DNA of 40,630 nt from the NCBI GenBank assembly GCA_016778745.1, contig JADHOZ010000002.1:1-40630 (forward strand), read 5' to 3'. Below, one piece after another: positions 9,214-18,202 of the stretch (positions are counted from its first letter, which is position 1; the number at the start of each line of letters is the position of its first letter). A program made the translations under genes and the position numbers. Source of the DNA: Rickettsiales bacterium (GTDB taxonomy: Bacteria; Pseudomonadota; Alphaproteobacteria; Rickettsiales; UBA1997). The notes under the pieces were generated by a model. That model made no database searches and was not told the origin of the DNA. It was given only the letters and a program-made list of their open reading frames with translations.

Positions 9214-11520
9214 ATGAATCTTTCCAAAAAAATTAAACAATTTGCAAATCAATTTTTATTGCCGGTAATTGTCGTCACCTTTCTTGCTGCAAGCACAAGT
9301 GCTTATGCTGCTGCCAATATTACCATTATCGGCAATGAAAGGGTCGATGAAGCAACCATTACATCATATATTAATGTTCAAGGAATAGTGAAAGGATCAA
9401 AATCGGCCATTCAAGATTCTCTCGAAAAGCTATATGCTTCTGAACTTTTTTTAGAGTCAAAAATATATCAAAAAAAAAGAGATTGGATTGTGGAGGTGAA
9501 AGAAAATCCAGTTGTTTTTGAGGTGAAGTTTGTTGGCAATAATAAGATAGACGATGATGCATTGAAAAATGAAGCCACGCTAAAAAAGCGATCAGTTTTT
9601 ACGAAATCTAAATTACAAAATGACATAAAAAGAATTAACGAAATTTATCTCAAGTCTGGCCGCTTCTTAACAAAAATAGATCCCAAAATAATTCAAAAAG
9701 AACGTAATCGTATTGAAGTAATCTTTGATATTAAAGAGGGTCCAAAAGCAAAAATTGACGATATTTACTTTGTTGGCAATGAAGCCTACTCAGACTCTAA
9801 ATTAAAAGAAGAAATTACCACGCAAGTATCAAAATGGTGGAAATTTCTTTCAAGCTTTGATGTTTATGATTCTGATCGTATTGAGTTTGACAAAGAAAAA
9901 CTTCGCCGCTTCTATGGTTCAAAAGGTTACGCAGATTTTTATGCAATTTCTGCGACTGCACAAATTACCCCAACCAAAGATCGTTTTTACATCACATTCT
10001 TACTAGAAGAGGGGATAAAATATGACATAGGAGATATAACAATCACTAATGATGTTGAGAAGTTTGATGAAGATGTTTTGCGCCAGCATATACTTATTAA
10101 AAAGGGCAAAACTTATAACTCAGATCTTATTGAAAAGACAGTTGAAAAAATGGTCAATCAAATGTCAAAACAATCCTTCGCATTTGCCCATATTGAGCCA
10201 GTATTAACCAGAAACCAAGAGCAAAAAATCATTGATGTCAATTTTGTCATTAAAGAAACGCCACCCATTTACATTAACGAAATTACAATTACAGGCAATA
10301 CAAGAACTATTGACAAGGTAGTGAGAAGAGAATTAAGGGTTAGAGAGGGGGATCCTTACAACATTACAAAGATTAATCGTTCAAAACAACGCTTAGAAAA
10401 TCTTGGATATTTTGAAAAAGTAGAATTTGAAACCAACAGAATTGATAATTCTGACAAGGTAAATCTGGCGGTAAAATTAAAAGAAAAAAAGACGGGCGAA
10501 TTAAGTCTGGGTGTTGGTTATTCAACAGTGGATCGTCTCACAACAAATGTTGGCATTAGGGAAAACAATCTTTTTGGCACGGGGCAAAAATTAGGATTTA
10601 GCGTGCAAAAGTCATTTGCCAGCTTTAGCGGAGAAGTCAATTATACAAGGCCATATTTTCTAGATAGAAATATTGATGTGGGTTTTGATATTTTTAAATA
10701 TGAATTAAGTAAAAGAAATACGCTAGTTTACGACCAAAATTCAGACGGGCTTACGGTGAGGGGAGGATATGCAATAACGGAATATTTGACTCATCAATTG
10801 CGATATTCTCTAAGTAGTCAAGAGGTAAGTAATGTTGATTCAGATGTTTCTATTGCAATTAGAAATTTAGAAGGAAGTTTCGTTAGCTCGGGAATCGGGC
10901 ATACATTATTATACGACAAAAGAAATAATAGCAGGCAACCAACATCGGGCTATTACTTATCGTTTAGCCAAGATTACACAGGCATTGGTGGCGACATTAA
11001 AACCATGAAATATACTGGATCAGCTGGATATTACATTCCAACGTTTAGCGAAGAGTTCATCTTAAAATTCCTTGCGCGCGGCGGTTTGATTGATGGGCTT
11101 GGTCAAGATGTTAGAAGTAATTACGGTTTTTATCTCGGAGGCAACACCTTTAGGGGCTTTAGATTCGCTGGTTTGGGGCCAAGATATGTAGAAAATGGCT
11201 CTGCCGATGGTGGAAGCGCTGCTGGTGGTACCACTTACTATGTTGGAACGGTAGAATTTATGTTCCCTTTGGGTCTTCCAAAAGAGCTGGGTATAAATGG
11301 CGTGTTATTCTCTGATAATGGGACATTAAAAGGAGTGGATCAGATAAATGTAGGTAGCTCACAAGTAGAAGATAGTGGATCTCTTAGATCAACTTACGGA
11401 TTTAGTTTAGTGTGGACGTCTCCAATGGGACCAATAAGGCTTGATTTTTCTAAGATTGCTAAAAGAGAAGACTATGACGAAACCCAGAATTTCCGCTTCA
11501 GTTTTGGAACGAATTTCTAA
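9214..11520 (+). CDS. bamA: Outer membrane protein assembly factor BamA (Omp85)
   Basis: 768 aa with a signal peptide (ASTSAYA/AA). Repeated POTRA-like units are present (V..V.F.GN.., I.F.I.EG..). A C-terminal beta-barrel ends in the aromatic FRFSFGTNF. Confidence 0.9.
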   Translation: MNLSKKIKQFANQFLLPVIVVTFLAASTSAYAAANITIIGNERVDEATITSYINVQGIVKGSKSAIQDSLEKLYASELFLESKIYQKKRDWIVEVKENPVVFEVKFVGNNKIDDDALKNEATLKKRSVFTKSKLQNDIKRINEIYLKSGRFLTKIDPKIIQKERNRIEVIFDIKEGPKAKIDDIYFVGNEAYSDSKLKEEITTQVSKWWKFLSSFDVYDSDRIEFDKEKLRRFYGSKGYADFYAISATAQITPTKDRFYITFLLEEGIKYDIGDITITNDVEKFDEDVLRQHILIKKGKTYNSDLIEKTVEKMVNQMSKQSFAFAHIEPVLTRNQEQKIIDVNFVIKETPPIYINEITITGNTRTIDKVVRRELRVREGDPYNITKINRSKQRLENLGYFEKVEFETNRIDNSDKVNLAVKLKEKKTGELSLGVGYSTVDRLTTNVGIRENNLFGTGQKLGFSVQKSFASFSGEVNYTRPYFLDRNIDVGFDIFKYELSKRNTLVYDQNSDGLTVRGGYAITEYLTHQLRYSLSSQEVSNVDSDVSIAIRNLEGSFVSSGIGHTLLYDKRNNSRQPTSGYYLSFSQDYTGIGGDIKTMKYTGSAGYYIPTFSEEFILKFLARGGLIDGLGQDVRSNYGFYLGGNTFRGFRFAGLGPRYVENGSADGGSAAGGTTYYVGTVEFMFPLGLPKELGINGVLFSDNGTLKGVDQINVGSSQVEDSGSLRSTYGFSLVWTSPMGPIRLDFSKIAKREDYDETQNFRFSFGTNF

Positions 11521-11593
11521 AAAACATTTTGCAATTAGCCAAACGATGTCGTAAACAAACTAACACCGATAAATAATCTAAAAGAGGAAGATA

Positions 11594-12544
11594 ATGATCA
11601 GAATTTTTCAAACAAAGACCTATAAGCAAGAAAAAGTATTTTCTCTAAAAGAAGCAAGTACACTAAAAGATGTGATATGGATAGATCTACAAAACCCTTC
11701 AGCCGAAGAAATAAAAGAAGTAGAAAAGGAATATGACATTAGCTTTCCGACAAAGCAGCAACAAGAAGAAATTGAAACAAGCTCTAGATATATAGAAAAT
11801 CCTGATTTTATCAGGATAAACTCTACATTTATCAATATAATCACCCAAGCGCAAAAACTGCAAGAAAGTGAAGTATCTTTTATTATTACTGGAAAAATAC
11901 TATTTAGTTTACGCTACACAGACAGTAAAATTTTTGAAGAAACCATCAAAAAGATAAAAAGACTTCCGGTCTCTTTCTCGACCCCGGCAAAAATCTTCAT
12001 TGCCCTTTTTGAATCAAGAATTGACCACGATGCTGACCTAATAGAAACAATGAGTAAACACACCGCTGAAATTGCTAGAAAGATCAAATATAATCACAAT
12101 CTAGATGAACAAACAATATTCAAAATCAACGAGTGCCAAGAGTTAACGATGAGCTTAAGAGAGGCTCTTTTTGATAAACAAAGAGCCGTTTCATCTCTTA
12201 TTAGAAATGAAGATATAATGAATGGAAATAACGAAAGATTAAGAATTATAATTAAAGACATTAACTCGCTTATAGAACATGCTAACTTCAACTTTGCCAG
12301 ACTAGAATATCTACAAAACTCGTTCCTTGGCCTCATTAATCTAGAGCAAAACAAAGTCATTAAAATATTCACCCTAGCTTCTCTACTTTTTATGCCCCCA
12401 ACGCTAATTGCCAGCCTCTACGGAATGAACTTCAACTTCATGCCCGAACTCAATTGGCAACTTGGTTACCCATTAGCAATATCGCTAATGGCATTATCAT
12501 CAGCCATCACAATCTGGATCTTTAAGAGGAAAAAATGGCTCTAG
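11594..12544 (+). CDS. corA: CorA-family magnesium/cobalt transporter
   Basis: 316 aa with the YGMNF (GMN) signature between two C-terminal TM helices (LYGMNFNFMPE). Confidence 0.85.
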   Translation: MIRIFQTKTYKQEKVFSLKEASTLKDVIWIDLQNPSAEEIKEVEKEYDISFPTKQQQEEIETSSRYIENPDFIRINSTFINIITQAQKLQESEVSFIITGKILFSLRYTDSKIFEETIKKIKRLPVSFSTPAKIFIALFESRIDHDADLIETMSKHTAEIARKIKYNHNLDEQTIFKINECQELTMSLREALFDKQRAVSSLIRNEDIMNGNNERLRIIIKDINSLIEHANFNFARLEYLQNSFLGLINLEQNKVIKIFTLASLLFMPPTLIASLYGMNFNFMPELNWQLGYPLAISLMALSSAITIWIFKRKKWL

Positions 12545-12574
12545 CAACTCTATGCTATATTGTCACGATTTAGA

Positions 12575-13477
12575 TTAGATATAAATAGTGCTTCCAACAG
12601 CATCAACACCACCAATTTGATATCTTCCGCCCCTAGCAATTAAGTTGGTTAAATTATCGGCAAAAATATTAAAGGAAGTAGAATTGTGATAAGATGATTT
12701 GTGATCCCCAAATAAATCAAAGGCAATGCTGCAGTTGAAGTTGTCTGTCAATAAATCATGCAGCTTTTGTGCTTTTGCTAGCTCCTCTGAGATGACAGGA
12801 GAATTATAGTTAGAACTAAAATTGTTGATATTTCCTTCTAAATCATCATTTTTTAAAATGAGGTCTTCTATTGCTTGCGGCTTATTGCCAAATATTTCTC
12901 TAATTTTTGAAATATTCTTATTTAAAATAGCTGTTGCTAGATCTTCTTTTAGACCTTCTTTAAGCTGAACTTCTTCTAAGAATTTATTTAATAAATCGGG
13001 TAGTGATATTTCAATTAAAACATTTTCTTTTCCAATACGAGACACAGCTTCAAGAGTAGTTTTAATGACCTCAATATCGGATTCTTCTTTACTGCAGCCA
13101 ATAATTTCAATACCAATTTGAGTTTGTTGTCTTTGGCCGTTAAAGTTCAAAGCTTTATTGCTTAAAACGCTGCCACAGTAGCATAATTTTATCGGTAAAT
13201 CATAACTTTTTAGTCTGCTTTTTAGCAGTCTTTCAATTTGCAAGGTAATGTCATTTCTAAATACTAAATTTTTACCACTTTTGGCATCAAGGGCGCAAAA
13301 CGCATCATCATAAAGGGTGGATTTATCCAAAAATTCAACTAAGGAGGTTTCGATCATTCTAAAATTTGATGCTAAAAAATGCTCCAAAACCAAATTTTTT
13401 TCACGAAATTTATTTTCAGCTTCTTCAAAAATAAGGTCACAAAAACCATCTGGTAGTAACTTAATATTCTTAGTCAT
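12575..13477 (-). CDS. hisZ: HisZ-like class II aaRS paralog (ATP phosphoribosyltransferase regulatory subunit family), short 300-aa form
   Basis: The N-terminus LPDGFCDLIFEEA matches the HisZ LPxGxxD pattern. Other matching blocks are FRNDITLQIERLL, PIKLCYCGSVL, QTQIGIEIIG and the C-terminal ARGGRYQ. No hisG is present in the window. The gene overlaps the UDG gene by 8 nt. Confidence 0.55.
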   Translation of the reverse strand: MTKNIKLLPDGFCDLIFEEAENKFREKNLVLEHFLASNFRMIETSLVEFLDKSTLYDDAFCALDAKSGKNLVFRNDITLQIERLLKSRLKSYDLPIKLCYCGSVLSNKALNFNGQRQQTQIGIEIIGCSKEESDIEVIKTTLEAVSRIGKENVLIEISLPDLLNKFLEEVQLKEGLKEDLATAILNKNISKIREIFGNKPQAIEDLILKNDDLEGNINNFSSNYNSPVISEELAKAQKLHDLLTDNFNCSIAFDLFGDHKSSYHNSTSFNIFADNLTNLIARGGRYQIGGVDAVGSTIYI

Positions 13478-14366
13478 TTTCTTTTAAAAATTGTTCTAAT
13501 GCTAGCAGATCTTGCCAAGCAATTCTCTTTTTTGTTGATTGCCTCATCAAATAAGATGGGTGAAAAATTGCAAATGTTTTTATGGTTTTATCCAAAAATT
13601 CCGGTGAAAAATCCATAAATTCGCCGCGAACTTTACTAATGGTACTGTCGAGTCCTAAAACCGTATTCATTGCTGTACCTCCAACTAGAATTATCAATTC
13701 TGGATCAATAAGTTGAATATGTCGTTGAACGAATGGTTTACAAATTGTTAATTCTTCCTCTGTTGGTTTTCTATTTCCTGGCGGCCTCCAAAAAAGCACA
13801 TTAGTCATATAAAGATTATCTTGGCGGCTCATATGGATAGCGCTAAACATTTGATCCAGCATTTGCCCGGCGTCATCGCAAAATGGAATGCCCTGCAAAT
13901 CTTCATGGTTTCCCGGCGCTTCGCCAATGATCATGACATCCGCATCAGGGTTACCATCACAAAATACCGTGTTAGTAGCCATTTTCTTTAAATTACAGCC
14001 GTCAAATTCTTCCACTGCCTTGCGTAATTCATCGAGGCTTTTGGCATTTTGTGCCATTTCTTTCGCTTTATCGACAATGGCATTGATGGAAATCGAATTA
14101 TCCGCGTTGCCGGTACTAAATTTTTTGGCTAACTTTGAAAGAGCGTTATTGGTTGAAAATTCTGGTTTGATAAAGTGACGAGATTCTTTCTTCTCTTTTA
14201 TCGTTTCAATTTGAGTTTGAGTAGTTTTGGTCTCAAGGCGTTTTTTTTCTTCAACTTTAGCTAATGTGGGTTTTTCTTTCAACATCAGGTGGTTGATAGG
14301 CTCTTCTGATAGTATCTCGTTCAGATCATTATCCAAATAAAACTGTATCGCTTCTAGCTTCGACAT
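13470..14366 (-). CDS. Family 4 uracil-DNA glycosylase with a ~120-aa N-terminal extension
   Basis: Motifs VMIIGEAPGNHEDLQGIPF and C-terminal FHPSYLMR, with CxL (DGCNLK) upstream, match the UDG family 4 pattern. Confidence 0.75.
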   Translation of the reverse strand: MSKLEAIQFYLDNDLNEILSEEPINHLMLKEKPTLAKVEEKKRLETKTTQTQIETIKEKKESRHFIKPEFSTNNALSKLAKKFSTGNADNSISINAIVDKAKEMAQNAKSLDELRKAVEEFDGCNLKKMATNTVFCDGNPDADVMIIGEAPGNHEDLQGIPFCDDAGQMLDQMFSAIHMSRQDNLYMTNVLFWRPPGNRKPTEEELTICKPFVQRHIQLIDPELIILVGGTAMNTVLGLDSTISKVRGEFMDFSPEFLDKTIKTFAIFHPSYLMRQSTKKRIAWQDLLALEQFLKEND

Positions 14367-14815
14367 TATTTCACTACTTTTTTAATGAATTTTTGGAAAT
14401 CATCGGCCTTTTCAAAATTCTTATAAACAGAAGCAAATCTTACAAATGCAACCTTATCTAGATTTTCCAAAGCATTCATAACAATCTCTCCAATTTGCGA
14501 AGATGAGATTTCGGTCTCGCTTTGCATTTCAAGTTGTCTAACAATATTATTCACCATTTTCTCAACTTGCATAGGGGAGATATTTCTCTTTCTCACCGCC
14601 ATTTCAATGGAGCTTTTCAATTTTTCTGGATCAAAGATTTTTTTCTCACCATTTTTCTTAAGAACTACAATTTCTCTTAGTTGTACTCGTTCAAATGTAG
14701 TAAATCTAGAATCGCACGCGCCGCAATATCGTCTTCGTCTGATAGATTCGCCATCATCAGAGATCCGACTATCTTTTACTTGGGTTTCAATGTTGCCACA
14801 AAATGGACATTTCAT
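14366..14815 (-). CDS. nrdR: Transcriptional repressor NrdR
   Basis: 149 aa with an N-terminal zinc ribbon (MKCPFCGN...CGACDSRFTTFE) followed by an ATP-cone. Its stop overlaps the UDG start by 1 nt (TAATG). Confidence 0.9.
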   Translation of the reverse strand: MKCPFCGNIETQVKDSRISDDGESIRRRRYCGACDSRFTTFERVQLREIVVLKKNGEKKIFDPEKLKSSIEMAVRKRNISPMQVEKMVNNIVRQLEMQSETEISSSQIGEIVMNALENLDKVAFVRFASVYKNFEKADDFQKFIKKVVK

Positions 14816-14816
14816 G

Positions 14817-15909
14817 CTATTTTTTAATTAAATTACTTTTAATAAAATCTTCTATTTTTCCATCTAAAACCGCATCAACATTGCCAGTTTCAAAATTACT
14901 TCGCAAGTCTTTTACCAGCTGGTAAGGATGCAAAACATAAGATCTAATTTGATGACCCCAACTATTATCGGTTTTGGCACTTTCTTGATTTTCTTGCTCT
15001 TGTTTTTGCTTTTGCAATTCCAGCTCATAAAGTCTTGACTTTAGCATCTTCATGCATTCGGACTTGTTTCGAATTTGTGATCTATCAGACTGACATTGCA
15101 CCACAATATTTGTTGGTAAATGTGTAATTCTAACGGCAGAATCTGTTTTATTAACGTGCTGCCCACCAGCGCCAGAAGCACGATAAGTATCAATTCTTAA
15201 ATCCTTATCTTCAATGGCAATGTCAATGGAGTCATCAATTTCAGGATAAACCCAAACAGAAGCAAAGCTAGTTTGCCTTTTGCCGTTAGCGTTAAAGGGA
15301 GAGATTCGAACAAGCCTATGAACACCACTTTCGGTTTTAAGCCAACCATAAGCAAATTTCCCAGAAACTTTTAGCGTAGCCGATCTAATGCCAGCCTCAA
15401 TATCTTCTAACATACTCACGACTTCGACGTTGAAATCTTTTTGATTACAAAATCTTTCATACATCCTAAATAGCATTAAAGCGAAATCGCAAGAATCAGT
15501 GCCTCCGGCGCCAGCATTAAAATCAATAAAGCAATCATTTAAATCTGCTTCGCCGTCAAACAATGATTCAATTTCCAAAATATCACATTTGCTTGTTAGA
15601 TCTTTCAAAGATTTTTCCACTTCGTTTATGCTATCTTCGTCTTTTTCTTCTTTTGCCATTTTATAGAACTCGACATTGTCGGCTAACAAATTTTCTATTT
15701 CTTTAACCCCATCGGTTTTATCCTGAATTGCTGATTTTTCTTTTAAGATCTTTTGCGCCTTGTCGTTGTCGTCCCACAAGTTAGGATCCTGCGACAATTT
15801 GTCTAGTTCATTTAGCCTCTTCGATAAAGCCTCGACGTCAAAGACACCCCCTAATCACATTGAGAGAATTTTTAATTTTACTAATAAAGTTTTCTATTTC
15901 CAAAGACAT
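14817..15909 (-). CDS. prfB: Peptide chain release factor 2, requires a +1 programmed frameshift (363 aa when joined)
   Basis: The track ORF 14817-15797 carries the SPF and GGQ motifs (RISPFNANGKR, GAGGQHVN) but lacks the N-terminus. Frame 0 starts at the ATG at 15909 and encodes MSLEIENFISKIKNSLNVIRGCL, then reaches an in-frame TGA. A +1 shift continues as DVEALSKRLNELDKLSQDPN and joins the track ORF exactly. Confidence 0.9.
15837..15852 (-). other. prfB +1 ribosomal frameshift cassette (internal SD + CTT TGA C)
   Basis: The minus strand reads AGGGGG TGT CTT TGA C. The E. coli prfB site as I recall it is AGGGGG TAT CTT TGA C. The SD-like AGGGGG is at 15852-15847, CTT at 15843-15841 and TGA at 15840-15838. 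Confidence 0.85.
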
Positions 15910-15977
15910 GCACTTGATGTTTTAATTACGAACAGGTAAATTAGAATAATACTTAATTAAAAAATTTCTATAAAATT

Positions 15978-17399
15978 ATGAGTGAAACAAAAAAATTTGA
16001 TGTCTGCGTTATCGGAGCTGGGCCAGGGGGATATGTTGCTGCAATTAGAGCTGCACAGTTAGGTCTAAAAGTAGGCATTGTTGAAGCAAATCATTTGGGT
16101 GGCATTTGTCTAAACTGGGGGTGTATTCCAACAAAAGCTCTTTTGAAATCTTCGGAGGTAAATCACCTATTAAGTCACGTTGGTGATTATGGGTTTGAAG
16201 TAAAAGGCGCGACATTTGATTTTGATAAAGTTATTAAAAGATCAAGAGATGTATCCAAAAAACTAAGTAGTGGAATTGCCGGATTATTAAAGAAAAATAA
16301 AGTCGAAGTAATTGACGGCTATGCTAGATTTATAAGTAATAAAGAAATTTCGATAGAAAAAGACAAGAAAGAAGTTGCCAATGTCCAAGCAGCGGATTTC
16401 ATTATTGCAACTGGCGCAAGAGCCAGAGTAATTCCAGGCATGGAGCCAGATGGCGATAAAATATGGACTTACCGCGAAGCAATGACACCAAAATCAATGC
16501 CAAAATCTTTGGTTGTTGTTGGCAGTGGTGCGATCGGGTCAGAATTTGCAAGCTTTTACAACAATATGGGATGCGAAGTGACATTGGTTGAAATGGCCGA
16601 CAATATTCTGCCAGTTGAAGATGAAGAGATTTCAAAAATCGCTGCTAAATCTTTCACTTCTAGGGGAATTAAAATAGTTACTGGCGCTGCTCTAAAAGCA
16701 ATTTCTAAAAGTAAAACCGGAATCGAAGCCGAAGTTGAAGTAAAGGGCAAAAAAGAAAAACTAAAAGCCGAAAAAATTATTTTAGCAGTTGGTGTGGTTC
16801 CAAATATTGAAGATATTGGTTTAGATAAAACAAAAATAAAAACAGATAGAGGATTAATCCAGGTAAGTGGATATTTGGAAACGTCAGAATCAAATATTTA
16901 TGCAATTGGTGATGTTATTTCGGGTCCATGGTTAGCGCATAAAGCTTCTCACGAGGGTATCATCGCCGCTGAAAAAATTGCTAGTAAATCTGGAAAATAT
17001 GATCCTATAAAAATACATCCAATTAAAAAAGAAAATATTCCGGGGTGTACCTATTCAATGCCGCAAATTGCATCTGTTGGCTTAACTGAAGCAAAAGCAA
17101 AAGCTGTAGGTAAACAAATAAAAGTAGGCCGCTTTCCATATATGGCCAACGGTAAAGCAATTGCGAGTGGCGAAACCGAAGGTTTAATTAAAATAATCTT
17201 CGATGAAAAAACTGGTGAACTACTAGGTGCTCACTTGGTCGGGGCTGAAGTAACCGAAATGATTCAAGGTTTTGTAATCGCTAAGCAAGCCGAACTAACG
17301 GAAGAAGATTTAATGCACACAATCTTCCCGCACCCAACAATGTCGGAGATGATGCATGAAGCAGTATTGGACGCTTATGGCAAGGCAATCCATTTCTAA
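15978..17399 (+). CDS. lpdA: Dihydrolipoyl dehydrogenase (E3)
   Basis: 473 aa with the FAD fingerprint VIGAGPGGY, the redox disulfide GGICLNWGCIPTK and a C-terminal HPTMSE interface motif. No E1 or E2 genes are adjacent. Confidence 0.9.
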   Translation: MSETKKFDVCVIGAGPGGYVAAIRAAQLGLKVGIVEANHLGGICLNWGCIPTKALLKSSEVNHLLSHVGDYGFEVKGATFDFDKVIKRSRDVSKKLSSGIAGLLKKNKVEVIDGYARFISNKEISIEKDKKEVANVQAADFIIATGARARVIPGMEPDGDKIWTYREAMTPKSMPKSLVVVGSGAIGSEFASFYNNMGCEVTLVEMADNILPVEDEEISKIAAKSFTSRGIKIVTGAALKAISKSKTGIEAEVEVKGKKEKLKAEKIILAVGVVPNIEDIGLDKTKIKTDRGLIQVSGYLETSESNIYAIGDVISGPWLAHKASHEGIIAAEKIASKSGKYDPIKIHPIKKENIPGCTYSMPQIASVGLTEAKAKAVGKQIKVGRFPYMANGKAIASGETEGLIKIIFDEKTGELLGAHLVGAEVTEMIQGFVIAKQAELTEEDLMHTIFPHPTMSEMMHEAVLDAYGKAIHF

Positions 17400-17630
17400 T
17401 AATATTACATCTGAAGCAGCACGGGTATTACATAGCCCTGTCCTATATCCATGTCAAATACCATAAAGCATATTGACATATTATCTATTATATCATACTT
17501 TTACCATACTTTCAGTTTAATCGCCACTTAGACGAAAGAATCATCGAAGTTCCTTCTTATAATATTGGCAGTTAACACCTGAAAGAGATGGTTATTTTAA
17601 GGCCATATTTTTCAATTTAAAACCTAAATC

Positions 17631-17867
17631 ATGAAAAAAATTATAATTTTTCTAACGGCGCTAACGCTGATTTACTCTCCTGCTTATGCTAAAAAAGCAA
17701 CATCTAAAACCCATGAAAGTACGATAATTGATTCCAACAATGCGGTTATTCAGTCTAATAAAGAGTTAGTGAAGTCTAATGAAAATCTTTTGAAGGAGCT
17801 CAAGAAATCGAAAAAGAAAAAAAAGAAAAAAAAGAAATCTAAGAAAAAGTCTTCAGATAAGAAGTAA
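17631..17867 (+). CDS. Small secreted hypothetical protein with a poly-lysine C-terminal tail (78 aa)
   Basis: It has a signal peptide (MKKIIIFLTALTLIYSPAYA/KK) and a short helical-looking middle. The tail is KKSKKKKKKKKKSKKKSSDKK, encoded at 17802-17864. A strong terminator hairpin follows immediately, which supports a real transcription unit. Confidence 0.5.
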   Translation: MKKIIIFLTALTLIYSPAYAKKATSKTHESTIIDSNNAVIQSNKELVKSNENLLKELKKSKKKKKKKKKSKKKSSDKK

Positions 17868-17871
17868 AAAA

Positions 17872-17910
17872 TAGACGCTAGATCCCCTGGGATTTAGCGT
17901 CTAGAATTTT
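17872..17910 (+). terminator. Rho-independent terminator after the poly-K ORF
   Basis: Arms 17872-17885 and 17890-17903 (TAGACGCTAGATCC / GGATTTAGCGTCTA) form a 14-bp stem with one G-U pair. The stem is followed by GAATTTT. Confidence 0.6.
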
Positions 17911-17925
17911 GATAATTAACGCAGA

Positions 17926-18021
17926 CCCCGCGCAAAGTGGGGCGCGCACCGTTGCGCGTAAAATTAACAATAACCAAATGGTTATTGTGAAATATTCGCG
18001 CGGATAAATTGAGCGCGCGAA
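17926..18021. other. Cluster of four consecutive hairpins, three of them GC-rich, in an AT-rich spacer (candidate structured RNA or REP-like element)
   Basis: The four hairpins are: CCCC(17926-29)/GGGG(17939-42); CGCGCA(17943-48)-CCGT-TGCGCG(17953-58); ACAATAACCA(17967-76)/TGGTTATTGT(17979-88); and TTCGCGCG(17995-18002)/CGCGCGAA(18014-21). Alternative pairings are possible, for example CCGCGC 17928-33 with GCGCGG 17998-18003. Confidence 0.4.
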
Positions 18022-18053
18022 GGGATAATTATCAGAGACATTGTAAAAAACAC

Positions 18054-18082
18054 TTGCTCTTTGAGCTTTTAATAAATACGAT
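18054..18082 (+). promoter_or_regulatory. Candidate sigma70-type promoter for tRNA-Thr
   Basis: TTGCTC (18054-59), a 17-nt spacer, then TACGAT (18077-82), ending 17 nt upstream of the tRNA 5' end. This is a pattern match only. Confidence 0.25.
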
Positions 18083-18099
18083 ACCCATCCTTAATTTGT

Positions 18100-18174
18100 G
18101 CCGGTTTAGCTCAGTGGTAGAGCTACTGTCTTGTAAACAGTAGGTCGGGAGTTCGACTCTCTCAACCGGCACCA
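18100..18174 (+). tRNA. tRNA-Thr (anticodon UGU), CCA encoded
   Basis: Hand-folded cloverleaf: acceptor GCCGGTT/AACCGGC, D-stem GCTC/GAGC, anticodon stem ACTGT/ACAGT with loop CTTGTAA, and T-arm GGGAG-TTCGACT-CTCTC. The discriminator is A, followed by CCA. Confidence 0.93.
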
Positions 18175-18202
18175 CTTCTTTTTTCCTATTTTTGGCTACA
18201 AA

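Noticed and set aside
8735-16750. Assorted 60-100-aa ORFs overlapping pstS, bamA, corA, UDG, nrdR and lpdA (8735-8968, 9371-9562, 11620-11844, 12094-12372, 13888-14178, 14607-14831, 16402-16635, 16556-16750)
   Set aside because: Each is nested in or antisense to a longer ORF with strong family motifs, and none has recognisable features.
17473-17501. Candidate promoter TTGACA-17 nt-TACTTT upstream of the poly-K ORF
   Set aside because: The -35 hexamer is perfect, but the -10 is weak and lies about 130 nt from the ATG. In such AT-rich DNA chance matches are frequent, so this is not reported as a feature.
17926-18021. GC-rich hairpin island as SRP (4.5S) RNA or 6S RNA
   Set aside because: There is no SRP domain IV motif (GGTCCGGAAGGAAGCAGCC-like). 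The size and architecture do not fit 6S RNA. The family assignment was dropped and the island is reported as unclassified.
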